Source of the DNA: Macrostomum hystrix
Lineage: Eukaryota; Animalia; Platyhelminthes
Reading direction: 5' to 3'
Length of the DNA stretch: 64,000 nucleotides
Assembly (NCBI GenBank): GCA_950097015.1
Contig: CATNEN010000001.1
Span: forward strand, 1,674,001 to 1,738,000
Each line of letters opens with the position of its first letter. Positions within the stretch are counted from its first letter, which is position 1. Positions 1-11,728 of the stretch are shown here, one piece after another. The notes below the pieces were generated by a model, which saw nothing but the letters and a program-made list of their open reading frames with translations, was not told where the DNA came from and did no database searches. A program made the translations under genes and the position numbers.

Positions 1-375
1 CAAGGGTGGAAAGCCTGCTACAGATTTGAGTATTGGTTGCTAACCTATCAAATCTAAAGGATGACAAACTATTGACAAATTTTAATAATGTTATAGGCTA
101 CTATTTCTGAGTTTTAAAAATTTAGATCAATGAAGTTCAGTATTTAATGCTTTTATTTGATTAATTGTGACAAATTGCTAATTTATTTTTTGTTATATTT
201 TAAAATGAATGAAGAAAAAAATGTTTTATCTTGTTTAAAATATATAACAATAAATACTTGTCAATTTTTCTAACTATTGTCCATCTACAATCATATTATG
301 TACTAATGGAGGCAAGGTATTCACATTTTTTATTGCCAGAAACAAAATGACAAATTTACTTATTGATATTTGCAG

Positions 376-532
376 ATGTTTCCACCAATTCTAATCATAT
401 TAGCTGGTGCAGTCCTAGCTTTTCTCTTTATTCGCCTACTCATAGTAGAGTTGCAAGTATTTGGCCATCTGAACAATGTGTTTCATTCTAAAAAGGGTGC
501 CCAACTGAGGACTATGATTGTGGCTGGATCAG
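376..532 (+). CDS. ALG14: UDP-GlcNAc transferase subunit ALG14, exon 1 of 4
   Basis: ATG directly after ttgcag. MFPPILIILAGAVLAFLFIRLL (membrane anchor) ... RTMIVAGS-G, then a gtatgt donor (phase 1). Confidence 0.9.
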
Positions 533-613
533 GTATGTAGAGTTTATTCTTGCTTAATTTCGTTTTATTTTATTCTGGCATGTTTTAATGAGTATTTATT
601 GTATCTGATTCAG

Positions 614-747
614 GCGGTCACACCACTGAGATACTACGGCTAACTGGCAGTATTGGCAAGCAGTACTCGCCTCGGCTATATATTGTGGCCAGCTCAGACG
701 CTATGAGCCCTGAGAAGATTAAAATTAGCGAGCTCAATAGCGAAGAT
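614..747 (+). CDS. ALG14: ALG14 exon 2 of 4
   Basis: ttcag acceptor. Completes the GSGGHTTE motif and YSPRLYIVASSDAMS. gtaagc donor. Confidence 0.92.
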
Positions 748-834
748 GTAAGCAGCTTTTTGTCATTATTCTATTTTCTTATATCAAGATATTCAGATCA
801 TTCTCCACATGTCCACAATAACCTCACCTTTCAG

Positions 835-957
835 TTCTCCATCCACACTATACCGCGAAGCCGGGAAGTACTGCAGTCCTATTTGACCTCAGTGCTGACC
901 ACTCTGCAATCAGCTGCTTATTGCTTTCCACTGGTGGCCTGGCACAGGCCAGACTTG
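835..957 (+). CDS. ALG14: ALG14 exon 3 of 4
   Basis: tttcag acceptor. IPRSREVLQSYLTSVLTTL...RPDL motif. gtaaga donor. Confidence 0.92.
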
Positions 958-980
958 GTAAGAGAGACTTTCATTTCATT

Positions 981-1790
981 TTTAAATGTGGGATTTTACT
1001 TTTAAATGTGGGATTTTACTTTTAAATGTGGGATGTTACTTTTAAATGTGGGATTTTTTACTTTTTGCAGCGAGCATTCCAATTAAAACTGGTGTGGGAT
1101 TTCCGTTCAAAATGCAGTGGGATTTTACTTGACAACGGCGTGGGATTTCCCTGGTCAACTGAGCACGTGGAATTTCCGTTAACAACGGTGTGGCATTTCC
1201 CGTGATAATGGTGTGGGATTTCCGTTGACAACATAGTGGGATATTCCTTGACAACGGTGTGGCATTCCCTTGAGAATGATGTGGGATTACCCTTGACAAC
1301 GGTGTATGATTACCCTTGACAACGGTGTATGATTACCATTGACAACGGTGTATGATTACCCTTGACAACGGTGTATGATTACCATTGACAACGGTGTATG
1401 ATTACCCTTGACAACGGTGTATGATTACCCTTGACAACGGTGTATGATTAACCTTGACAACGGTGTATGATTAACCTTGACAACGGTGTGGCATATCCGT
1501 TGACAACAGAGTGAAATATTCCTTGACAACAGTGTGGAATTCCCCTTGACAACAGTGTGGAATTCCCCTTGACAACGGTGTGGGATTACACTTTGCACGG
1601 CGTGGGATTCCCCTTGACAACGGTGTGGGATTACCAATTTCAACAGTGTGGGATTCCCCTTGACAACGGTGTGGGATTACCATTTTCAACAGTGTGTGAT
1701 TACCCTTTGCAACGGTGTGGGATTACCTTTGCAACGGTGTGGGATTACCTTTGCAACGGTGAGGAGTGTGGGATTACGCTTGTGGCGCAA
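981..1790. repeat. Intronic 21-23 bp minisatellite (ccttgacaacggtgtgggatta)
   Basis: Fills ALG14 intron 3. The unit drifts along the array. Confidence 0.9.
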
Positions 1791-1817
1791 AGATAAGTTG
1801 AAGCCATTTGTTTTCAG

Positions 1818-2048
1818 ATCCTTTGCAACGGTCCTGGCACTTGCATTCCTATCTGCGCAGCCGCGTTCCTCTATCGCCTGCTGCTACTAAAAGACTGTCG
1901 CATTATATTCGTTGAAAGCATCTGTCGGGTTAACTCACTATCTCTGAGTGGGCGCCTGCTGTACTACTTTGCCGATCACGTGATTGTGCAGTGGCCCGAA
2001 CTGTTGGAACAATTTCCTAGAGCTCGCTACCTTGGTCGAATTATCTAG
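1818..2048 (+). CDS. ALG14: ALG14 exon 4 of 4
   Basis: ttttcag acceptor. ILCNGPGTCIPIC...IIFVESICRVNSLSLSGRLLY...VQWPEL...YLGRII*. AATAAA at 2199-2204. Confidence 0.95.
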   Translation: MLCNGPGTCIPICAAAFLYRLLLLKDCRIIFVESICRVNSLSLSGRLLYYFADHVIVQWPELLEQFPRARYLGRII

Positions 2049-2234
2049 ATCTCTCATGTATCTGCTGTGTAGGTTCATATTTTCCTTCTAAATGTGCCTT
2101 TCTACTAATGTAATATTCTTGTGGTTAATGTGAGTTATTTACTCTGCTGCTCCTTCTCTCTACTCAGTCAATATTGGAAGTAGTATGGTCCAGTCATAAA
2201 TAAATTTTGTCCTATAGAGATATTTAATTATTTT

Positions 2235-2720
2235 TGTACTGTCGGTATCTGGTTGACTTGTACTGAAATTGTACCTTTCCGTTGTGTACTGTAACTGTAT
2301 CTGTCTGTCTTGTACTGGAACTGTACCTGTCTGTCTTGTACTGTAATTGTACCTGTCTGTCTTGTACTGGAACTGTACCTGTCTGTCTGGTACTGGAACT
2401 GTACCTGTCTGTCTGGTACTGTAATTGTACCTGTCTGTCTTGTACTGTAATTGTACCTGTCTGTCTGGTACTGTAATTGTACCTGTCTGTCTTGTACTGG
2501 AACTGTACCTGTCTGTCTGGTACTGTAATTGTACCTGTCTGTCTTGTACTGATATTGTACCAGCCTGTCTTGTACTGATATTGTACCTGCCTGTCTTGTA
2601 CTGATATTGTACCTGCCTGTCTTGTACTGATATTGTACCTGCCTGTCTTGTACTGATATTGTACTTGTCTTATACTGAGAGTACTGAAAATCGTACCCTC
2701 CGTTGGTCTTACACTGAACT
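2235..2720. repeat. 26 bp minisatellite (tgtactgtaattgtacctgtctgtct)
   Basis: Tandem copies visible directly. Confidence 0.9.
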
Positions 2721-3883
2721 GCGCATCAAACTGTCCTGCACTGATACGGTCGCACTACTGCCAGTAGAGTCAGTTGATAATTTGAACAAAGCTTGTCATT
2801 TTTTCTTCAGTTTAAGTCTATTAAAAGATTATTGTGTTGCTTTCTAAATCGGTAGATTGCTTGCTGAATAATAGCAACATTGCGCCCCTAGAGACATATT
2901 TTTAGTCACTATTTATTAAATACTACTAATCCAATTAATATTGTTGTATGGATTTTTAACAATTTCACAGCTTCATGTTGGATTTCAAAAGCTATTTTGT
3001 GTTCTACCTTTGTTGTTAATCGTATCAAGTATTCACAAATTAATTTCTACTCTCCTATCACTTGTCGTATGTGTTTTTCAAGTGCTAAATTTATCGCTGT
3101 TCATTTGGGTGATAAATATTTACATTTTTTCATTGACCTGCTCAATAGTCGAGTAGGCTAAATTGCTGTGTGTGTGCTCAAAGCGAATTTCTTAATTAGT
3201 TCTGTCTTCTCTCTTCCTAGCTTATTATATTCTTTTTCTATAATATAATATTGAGCTCGCCTTATTGTGGATTCCAATGATTTTTGCCAGCTATTTTCTT
3301 TCATTTATTGCAACACATATTTTTGTTATATTCCATTAAAATAATCTCTCTTGTAGTCATAGTGGTGTTTATATACTACTGCTATATACTATACTACTGA
3401 TAAGCAGTCAATTTATGTTGATTTAAATCTTTATCATTAGTACAATTCTGTGGTTAAATTTATATTTATTATACATCGTATAATTATGTCTCGTATCCTC
3501 ATAATTTCTAATCATTTTAAGTTAATTTACTTAACTAGTACCCGCATTGCTATAAACTAAATTACTTTAATTTCGATTCTAATGTCGTTAAACGAAAAAT
3601 TAGTTTTCTCGTAAAACAAATGAGTTTTATAGAAATCCCAATATTGTTACACTGCCTACGTATACGAGTATTAATTTATGCCTTTCTTAGAAAATTCTAA
3701 GATATCGTTCCGACTGCTTTTCTTTTGTTAATTTACTGCATTACAACAAAGACACTTGAGAAAAAATATCTTACAGCTTGAAGCTGAATTGACTCGAAAA
3801 TAAACTTTTGTAGACTATTAATTCCATGCAACTGATTTTTCTATTCAATTATTGAATTATTTTAGTTTCTTTACCTGAACCAA

Positions 3884-6707
3884 TAGTTTAAGTAGGCAGT
3901 GAGTCATTGTAGGGTATATAGTTTAAGTAGGCAGTGAGTCATTGTAGGGTATATAGTTTAAGTAGGCAGTGAGTCATTGTAGGGTATATAGTGCAAGTAG
4001 GCAGTGAGTCATTGTAGGGTATATAGTTTAAGTAGGCAGTGAGTCATTGTAGGGTATATAGTTTAAGTAGGCAGTGAGTCATTGTAGGGTATATAGTGCA
4101 AGTAGGCAGTGAGTCATTGTAGGGTATATAGTTTAAGTAGGCAGTGAGTCATTGTAGGGTATATAGTTTAAGTAGGCAGTGAGTCATTGTAGGGTATATA
4201 GTGCAAGTAGGCAGTGAGTCATTGTAGGGTATATAGTTTAAGTAGGCAGTGAGTCATTGTAGGGTATATAGTGCAAGTAGGCAGTGAGTCATTGTAGGGT
4301 ATATAGTTTAAGTAGGCAGTGAGTCATTGTAGGGTATATAGTGCAAGTAGGCAGTGAGTCATTGTAGGGTATATAGTGCAAGTAGGCAGTGAGTCATTGT
4401 AGGGTATATAGTGCAAGTAGGCAGTGAGTCATTGTAGGGTATATAGTGCAAGTAGGCAGTGAGTCATTGTAGGGTATATAGTGCAAGTAGGCAGTGAGTC
4501 ATTGTAGGGTATATAGTGCAAGTAGGCAGTGAGTCATTGTAGGGTCATAGTGCAAGTAGGCAGTGAGTCATTGTAGGGTCATAGTGCAAGTAGGCAGTGA
4601 GTCATTGTAGGGTATATAGTGCAAGTAGGCAGTGAGTCATTGTAGGGTATATAGTGCAAGTAGGCAGTGAGTCATTGTAGGGTATATAGTGCAAGTAGGC
4701 AGTGAGTCATTGTAGGGTCATAGTGCAAGTAGGCAGTGAGTCATTGTAGGGTCATAGTGCAAGTAGGCAGTGAGTCATTGTAGGGTATATAGTGCAAGTA
4801 GGCAGTGAGTCATTGTAGGGTATATAGTGCAAGTAGGCAGTGAGTCATTGTAGGGTCATAGTGCAAGTAGGCAGTGAGTCATTGTAGGGTCATAGTGCAA
4901 GTAGGCAGTGAGTCATTGTAGGGTATATAGTGCAAGTAGGCAGTGAGTCATTGTAGGGTATATAGTGCAAGTAGGCAGTGAGTCATTGTAGGGTATATAG
5001 TTTAAGTAGGCAGTGAGTCATTGTAGGGTATATAGTGCAAGTAGGCAGTGAGTCATTGTAGGGTATATAGTGCAAGTAGGCAGTGAGTCATTGTAGGGTA
5101 TATAGTGCAAGTAGGCAGTGAGTCATTGTAGGGTATATAGTGCAAGTAGGCAGTGAGTCATTGTAGGGTCATAGTGCAAGTAGGCAGTGAGTCATTGTAG
5201 GGTCATAGTGCAAGTAGGCAGTGAGTCATTGTAGGGTATATAGTGCAAGTAGGCAGTGAGTCATTGTAGGGTATATAGTGCAAGTAGGCAGTGAGTCATT
5301 GTAGGGTATATAGTGCAAGTAGGCAGTGAGTCATTGTAGGGTCATAGTGCAAGTAGGCAGTGAGTCATTGTAGGGTCATAGTGCAAGTAGGCAGTGAGTC
5401 ATTGTAGGGTATATAGTGCAAGTAGGCAGTGAGCCATTGTAGGGTATATAGTGCAAGTAGGCAGTGAGTCATTGTAGGGTATATAGTGCAGGTAGGCAGT
5501 GAGTCATTGTAGGGTATATAGTGCAGGTAGGCAGTGAGTCATTGTAGGGTATATAGTGCAGGTAGGCAGTGAGTCATTGTAGGGTATATAGTGCAAGTAG
5601 GCAGTGAGTCATTGTAGGGTATATAGTGCAAGTAGGCAGTGAGTCATTGTAGGGTATATAGTGCAGGTAGGCAGTGAGTCATTGTAGGGTATATAGTGCA
5701 GGTAGGCAGTGAGTCATTGTAGGGTATATAGTGCAGGTAGGCAGTGAGTCATTGTAGGGTATATAGTGCAAGTAGGCAGTGAGTCATTGTAGGGTATATA
5801 GTGCAAGTAGGCAGTGAGTCATTGTAGGGTATATAGTGCAAGTAGGCAGTGAGTCATTGTAGGGTCATAGTGCAGGTAGGCAGTGAGTCATTGTAGGGTC
5901 ATAGTGCAGGTAGGCAGTGAGTCATTGTAGGGTATTTAGTTCAAGTAGGCAGTGAGTCATTGTAGGGTCATAGTGCAGGTAGGCAGTGAGCCATTGTAGG
6001 GTCATAGTGCAGGTAGGCAGTGAGCCATTGTAGGGTCATAGTGCAGGTAGGCAGTGAGTCATTGTAGGGTATATAGTTCAAGTAGGCAGTGAGTCATTGT
6101 AGGGTCATAGTGCAAGTAGGCAGTGAGTCATTGTAGGGTCATAGTGCAGGTAGGCAGTGAGTCATTGTAGGGTCATAGTGCAGGTAGGCAGTGAGCCATT
6201 GTAGGGTCATAGTGCAGGTAGGCAGTGAGCCATTGTAGGGTATATAGTTCAAGTAGGCAGTGAGCCATTGTAGGGTCATAGTGCAGGTAGGCAGTGAGCC
6301 ATTGTAGGGTCATAGTGCAGGTAGGCAGTGAGTCATTGTAGGGTCATAGTGCAGGTAGGCAGTGAGTCATTGTAGGGTCATAGTGCAGGTAGGCAGTGAG
6401 CCATTGTAGGGTCATAGTGCAGGTAGGCAGTGAGTCATTGTAGGGTCATAGTGCAGGTAGGCAGTGAGCCATTGTAGGGTCATAGTGCAGTTAGGCAGTG
6501 AGTCATTGTAGGGTCATAGTGCAGTTAGGCAGTGAGCCATTGTAGGGTCATAGTGCAGTTAGGCAGTGAGCCATTGTAGGGTCATAGTGCAGTTAGGCAG
6601 TGAGTCATTGTAGGGTCATAGTGCAGGTAGGCAGTGAGCCATTGTAGGGTCATAGTGCAGGTAGGTAGTGAGCCATTGTAGGGTCATAGTGCAGGTAGGC
6701 AGTGAGC
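3884..6707. repeat. 34-35 bp minisatellite (gtgcaagtaggcagtgagtcattgtagggtatata), about 80 copies
   Basis: Highly homogeneous tandem array ending about 50 bp before the RNMT acceptor. Confidence 0.97.
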
Positions 6708-6759
6708 TAATGAAGGGCCTCAGTTCCGCATAGCAACAAAACCTTTGCCCCTCTCGCAG

Positions 6760-7176
6760 GCGGGTCCAGACGTCGCGGAGCACTACAATCGAGTGCCCGA
6801 GTCCAGCATAGTGTCTCGCGCCGATTGTCGGGCATTTTACCTGCGCAATTTCAACAACTGGGTCAAGAGCGTCCTAATTGGCACCCATCTGCGCCTAGTG
6901 AAGGATCGTTTCTCTTCTAAGCAGGGCGAAGATAGCGCCGGCATTCGAGTGCTGGACCTGTGCTCTGGCAAAGGTGGTGACTTATTAAAATGGCGCAAAG
7001 GCGACGTCTCAGAAGTTGTCTTCGTTGATATTGCGGACGTGTCCGTGGACCAGTGCCGCCGACGCTACGGCGAAATGGTCGAGCAGCATCGGGACGGCGG
7101 GCACCGCGGCCGGCGGCTGTTGAAGGCCGAGTTTCATGTGGCCGATGCCACAGCCGTTCGGCTCCGGGATCTGCAG
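6760..7176 (+). CDS. RNMT: mRNA cap guanine-N7 methyltransferase, exon 1 of 3 (no genomic ATG)
   Basis: Acceptor ctctcgcag, then AGPDVAEHYN...FYLRNFNNWVKSVLI...VLDLCSGKGGDLLKW (SAM motif I)...VDIADVSVDQCRRRY. cag|gtgatt donor. Confidence 0.93.
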
Positions 7177-7188
7177 GTGATTGGCCTA

Positions 7189-7860
7189 CCCATTGTGTCT
7201 CTGACCCATTGGGATTGTGTCTCTGACCCATTGGGATTGTGTCTCTGATTCATTGGGATTGTGTCTCTGACCCATTGGGATTGTGTCTCTGACCCATTGG
7301 GATTGTGTCTCTGACTCATTGGGATTGTGTCTCTGATTCATTGGGATTGTGTCTCTGACCCATTGGGATTGTGTCTCTGACCCATTGGGATTGTGTCTCT
7401 GACTCATTGGGATTGTGTCTCTGACTCATTGGGATTGTGTCTCTGACTCATTGGGATTGTGTCTCTGACTCATTGGGATTGTGTCTCTGACTCATTGGGA
7501 TTGTGTCTCTGACTCATTGGGATTGTGTCTCTGACCCTTGGGATTGTGTCTCTGACTAATTAGGATTGTGTCTCTGATCCATTAGAATCATTCATCAGAT
7601 CCATTAGAATACATCAAAATCCATTCATCCGATCCATTAGAATCCATCATCCGATCCATTAGAATCCATCATCCGATCCATTAGAATCCATCATCCGATC
7701 CATAAGAATCCATCATCCGATTCATTAGAATCCATCATCCGATTCATTAGAATCCATCATCCGATCCATTAGTATCCATCATCTGATCCATAAGAATCCA
7801 TCACCCGATCCATTAGAATCCATCATCCGATCCATTAGAATCCATCATCTGATTCATGAG
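7189..7860. repeat. Two abutting 22 bp minisatellites (cccattgggattgtgtctctga; ccattagaatccatcatccgat)
   Basis: Fill RNMT intron 1. The unit switches near 7580. Confidence 0.92.
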
Positions 7861-7902
7861 TATCCGCAGTGTGTCGCGAAAATTCCCAAATCAACACCTT
7901 AG

Positions 7903-8195
7903 GCTTCCTGGCCGCAGTTTCACCTGGTGAGTTGCCAGTTTTCGCTGCACTACTGCTTCCAAAGCTACCAGGCAGCGCGTCAGTTTGTTCGCAACGCCAG
8001 CGAATCGTTGCTACCCGGCGGCTATTTTGTCGGCACAATTCCCGACGCCAATGAAATTGTCCGACGATTGCGTCGCCAACCAGGAAACGAGGCTTCGTTT
8101 GGCAACAACGTCTACAATGTGACGTTTAGCTCGGCGGCTGTTAAAACACAGCAGGTGCCTCTGTTTGGCTGCAAGTATCATTTCACCTTAGAAAA
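7903..8195 (+). CDS. RNMT: RNMT exon 2 of 3
   Basis: ccttag acceptor, phase 0. FHLVSCQFSLHYCFQS...LLPGGYFVGTIPDANEIVRRL...PLFGCKYHFTLE. gtgagt donor (phase 2). Confidence 0.93.
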
Positions 8196-8269
8196 GTGAG
8201 TTTCAACATTTTTAGATTCATTTGCAGATGCAGGGTGACATTTTCGTGTTCTACGTAGTAAATTTTTGG

Positions 8270-8590
8270 TAGTTCACAATGACTTTCATGGAGTGACATT
8301 GTGGTTCTGTAAGAGTGACCTTTCATAGTGTGGCATTTTGGTTATGTGAGAGTGACCCTTTATGGAGTGACATCTTTGCTTTGTGAGAGTGACATTTCAT
8401 GAAGTGACATTTTGGTTATTTGAGTGTGAACTTTCATAGAGTGACATTGTAGTTCTGTAAGAGTGACCTTTCATAGAGTGGCATTTTGGTTTATAGAGTA
8501 GAACTTCGTAAGTTGACATTTTGTTTATGTGTAAGTGACCTTCCATAGAGTGACATTTTGGTTATATGAGAGTGACATTTCTGTAAGCGA
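8270..8590. repeat. Degenerate minisatellite (gagtgacattttggtt...gagtgacctttcata)
   Basis: Recurrent gagtgac motif in RNMT intron 2. Confidence 0.7.
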
Positions 8591-8662
8591 GGGAAAGTTT
8601 ATTTTTCAGAATTATTAATTATGAGCACTGTTTGATTGACACCGCTTCTCCAAACCAATCAG

Positions 8663-9041
8663 TCAGGTGCGAGACTGCCCGGAGTACCTGGTCTATTTCC
8701 CGGTGCTTGAGCAGTTGTGCTCAGAGTACGGCCTGCGCTGCACTCTCCGTTTGAACTTTGCCGACTTCTACCGGCGTCACGTGACCGAGAAGGAGTGGCG
8801 CCAACTGCTGGGCACCATGCAGAGCCTCGAACCCTATCCCTGCTCCGAAGGTGTAGAGTTGAAAAGCAGCGTCGAAGGAGATTACAGGGCCGCCGAGGCT
8901 TTCCTTAGCGGCGAAGGTGGCTGCGATGAGGAATTGGGCGACGATGAAGCCAGGGATCGGTCTGGACCAATTGGGACGCTGAGCGGAGAAGAATGGGAAG
9001 CCGCCACGCTGTACATGGTGTTCGCTTTTCAGCGGCAGTAG
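8663..9041 (+). CDS. RNMT: RNMT exon 3 of 3
   Basis: aatcag acceptor restores the frame: NQVRDCPEYLVYFP...GTLSGEEWEAATLYMVFAFQRQ*. Confidence 0.92.
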
Positions 9042-9049
9042 CTCGCTGC

Positions 9050-10390
9050 CACGTGACTCGCTGGGACATTGATGGATTTTTGGGAAAGTCACGTGACACC
9101 TATACTGTGTGATATTGATGGATTCTTTTGGGAAAGTCACGTGACACCTATACTGTGGGATATTGATGGATTCTTTTGGGAAAGTCACGTGACACTTATA
9201 TTGTGGGATATTGATGGATTCTTTTGGGAAGGTCACGTGACACTTATACAGTTATACTGTGGGACATTGATGGATTCTTTTGGGAAAGTCACGTGACACC
9301 TATACTGTGGGATATTGATGGATTCTTTTGGGAAGGTCACGTGACACCTATATTGTGGGATATTGATGGATTCTTTTGGGAAGGTCACGTGACACCAGAT
9401 ACCTATACTGTGGGATATTGATGGATTCTTTTGGGAAAGTCACGTGACACCTATACTGTGGGACATTGATGGATTCTTTTGGGAAGGTCACGTGACACCA
9501 GATACCTATACTGTGGGATATTGATGGATTCTTTTGGGAAAGTCACGTGACACCTATACTGTGGGATATTGATGGATTCTTTTGGGAAAGTCACGTGACA
9601 CCTATACTGTGGGATATTGATGGATTCTTTTGGGAAAGTCACGTGACACCTATACTGTGGGACATTGATGGATTCTTTTGGGAAAGTCACGTGACACCAG
9701 ATACCTATACTGTGGGATATTGATGGATTCTTTTGTGACAGTCACGTGACACCTATACTGTGGGATATTGATGGATTCTTTTGGGAAAGTCACGTGACAC
9801 CTATACTGTGGGATATTGATGGATTCTTTTGGGAAAGTCACGTGACACCTATACTGTGGGACATTGATGGATTCTTTTGGGAAAGTCACGTGACACCTAT
9901 ACTGTGGGATATTGATGGATTTTTGGGAAAGTCACGTGACCTATACTGTGGGACATTGATGGATTCTTTTGGGAAGGTCACGTGACACCTATACTGTGGG
10001 ACATTGATGGATTCTTTTGGGAAAGTCACGTGACACCTATACTGTGGGATATTGATGGATTTTTGGGAAAGTCACGTGACACCTATACTGTGGGACATTG
10101 ATGGATTCTTTTGGGAAAGTCACGTGACACCTATACTGTGGGATATTGATGGATTCTTTTGTGAAGGTCACGTGACACCTATATTGTGGAATATTGATGG
10201 ATTCTTTTGGGAAGGTCACGTGACACCTATATTGTGGGATATTGATGGATTCTTTTGGGAAAGTCACGTGACACCTATACTGTGGGATATTGATGGATTC
10301 TTTTGGGAAGGTCACGTGACACCTATACTGTGGGATATTGATGGATTCTTTTGGGAAGGTCACGTGACACCTATATTGTGGGATATTGAC
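9050..10390. repeat. 48 bp minisatellite with GTCACGTGAC palindrome
   Basis: Unit gggatattgatggattcttttgggaaagtcacgtgacacctatactgt. Starts about 10 bp after the RNMT stop. Confidence 0.95.
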
Positions 10391-10837
10391 TAATTCTTAG
10401 AAACATCGCCTGACCTCCATTGTGATTGGCTGCGACTCGCAATGTAGATTCCATTGTTAATTTTGTGCCCGTTTGTATGATACATTCTGTCAGCTGTCAT
10501 CTCTGCTCTAGTTGTTTTCCGATATTTAAATGTGTGTTTAAATTTGGTAGATTATCCTAATTCTCTGCGTTAAACGCTGCTCAATTGAGAAAGCTTGCTT
10601 AACTACTTATTTATTTGGCCCAGTGAGTAATATGCGCGTAACCGCATTTACTAATTTACCTTGCAGTTGCTTCTAATTATTATTGTATTTCTTACTATGA
10701 AATAAATATTGGCATTTGATCTTCGTTAATTTGATTACACAATGTAGCTGAGTAACTTTAGCCCTAAAATTGCTGTTTATGTCTTAATTGCTTCATGTAT
10801 TTTCTTAATTTCAAATATTAACAATCCATTTTAACGG

Positions 10838-11728
10838 GAAACCTCCGTTGCTAAGGTCATCGAAAATCCATTCGCACTAAGAAACTTCCGTTGCTAACGT
10901 AATCGAAAATCCATTCGCACTAAGATACTTCCGTTGCTAAGGTTGTCAAAAATCCATTCGCGCTAAGGTACTTCCGTTGCTAAGGTGATAAAAAATCCAT
11001 TCGCACTAAGAAACTTCAGTTGCTAAGGTCATCAAAAACATTGACTTAGATATTTCCGTTGCTAAGGTCATCAAAAACATTCACTAAGATACTTCCGTTG
11101 ATTAGAAAAATCCATTCTCACTAAGAAAGTTCCGTTGCTAAGGTAATTTAAAATCCATTCGCGCTAAGAAACTTCCGTTGCTAACGTCATCGAAAATCCA
11201 TTCGCACTAAGAAATTTCCGTTGCTAACGTCATCGAAAATCCATTCGCACTAAGAAAGTTCCGTTGCTAACGTCATCGAAAATCCATTCGCACTAAGAAA
11301 GTTCTGTTGCTAAGGTAATTAAAAATCCATTCGCACTAATAAACTTCCGTTGCTAACGTCATCGAAAATCCATTCGCACTAAGAAATTCGCACTAAGAAA
11401 TTTCCGTTGCTAAGTTTATTTAAAATCCATTCGCACTAAGAAACTTCCGTTGCTAACGTCATCGAAAATCCATTCGCACTAAGAAATTTCCGTTGCTAAG
11501 TTTATTTAAAATCCATTCGCACTAAGAAAGTTCCGTTGCTAACGTCATCGAAAATCCATTCGCACTAAGAAAGTTCCGTTGCTAAGGTCATCGAAAATCC
11601 ATTTGCACTAAGAAAGTTCCGTTGCTAAGGTCATTTAAAATCCATTCGCACTAAGAAACTTCCGTTGCTAACGTCATCGAAAATCCATTTGCACTAAGAA
11701 AGTTCCGTTGCTAAGGTCATCGAAAATG
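10838..11728. repeat. 43 bp minisatellite (ttccgttgctaacgtcatcgaaaatccattcgcactaagaaag)
   Basis: Tandem copies visible directly. Confidence 0.93.

Noticed and set aside
6745-6759. TTG start for RNMT, and GTG/TTG starts for FAM76, the GPCR and MRPS30 exon 4 in the ORF track
   Set aside because: These are bacterial-style starts that fall in polypyrimidine tracts, introns or mid-exon.
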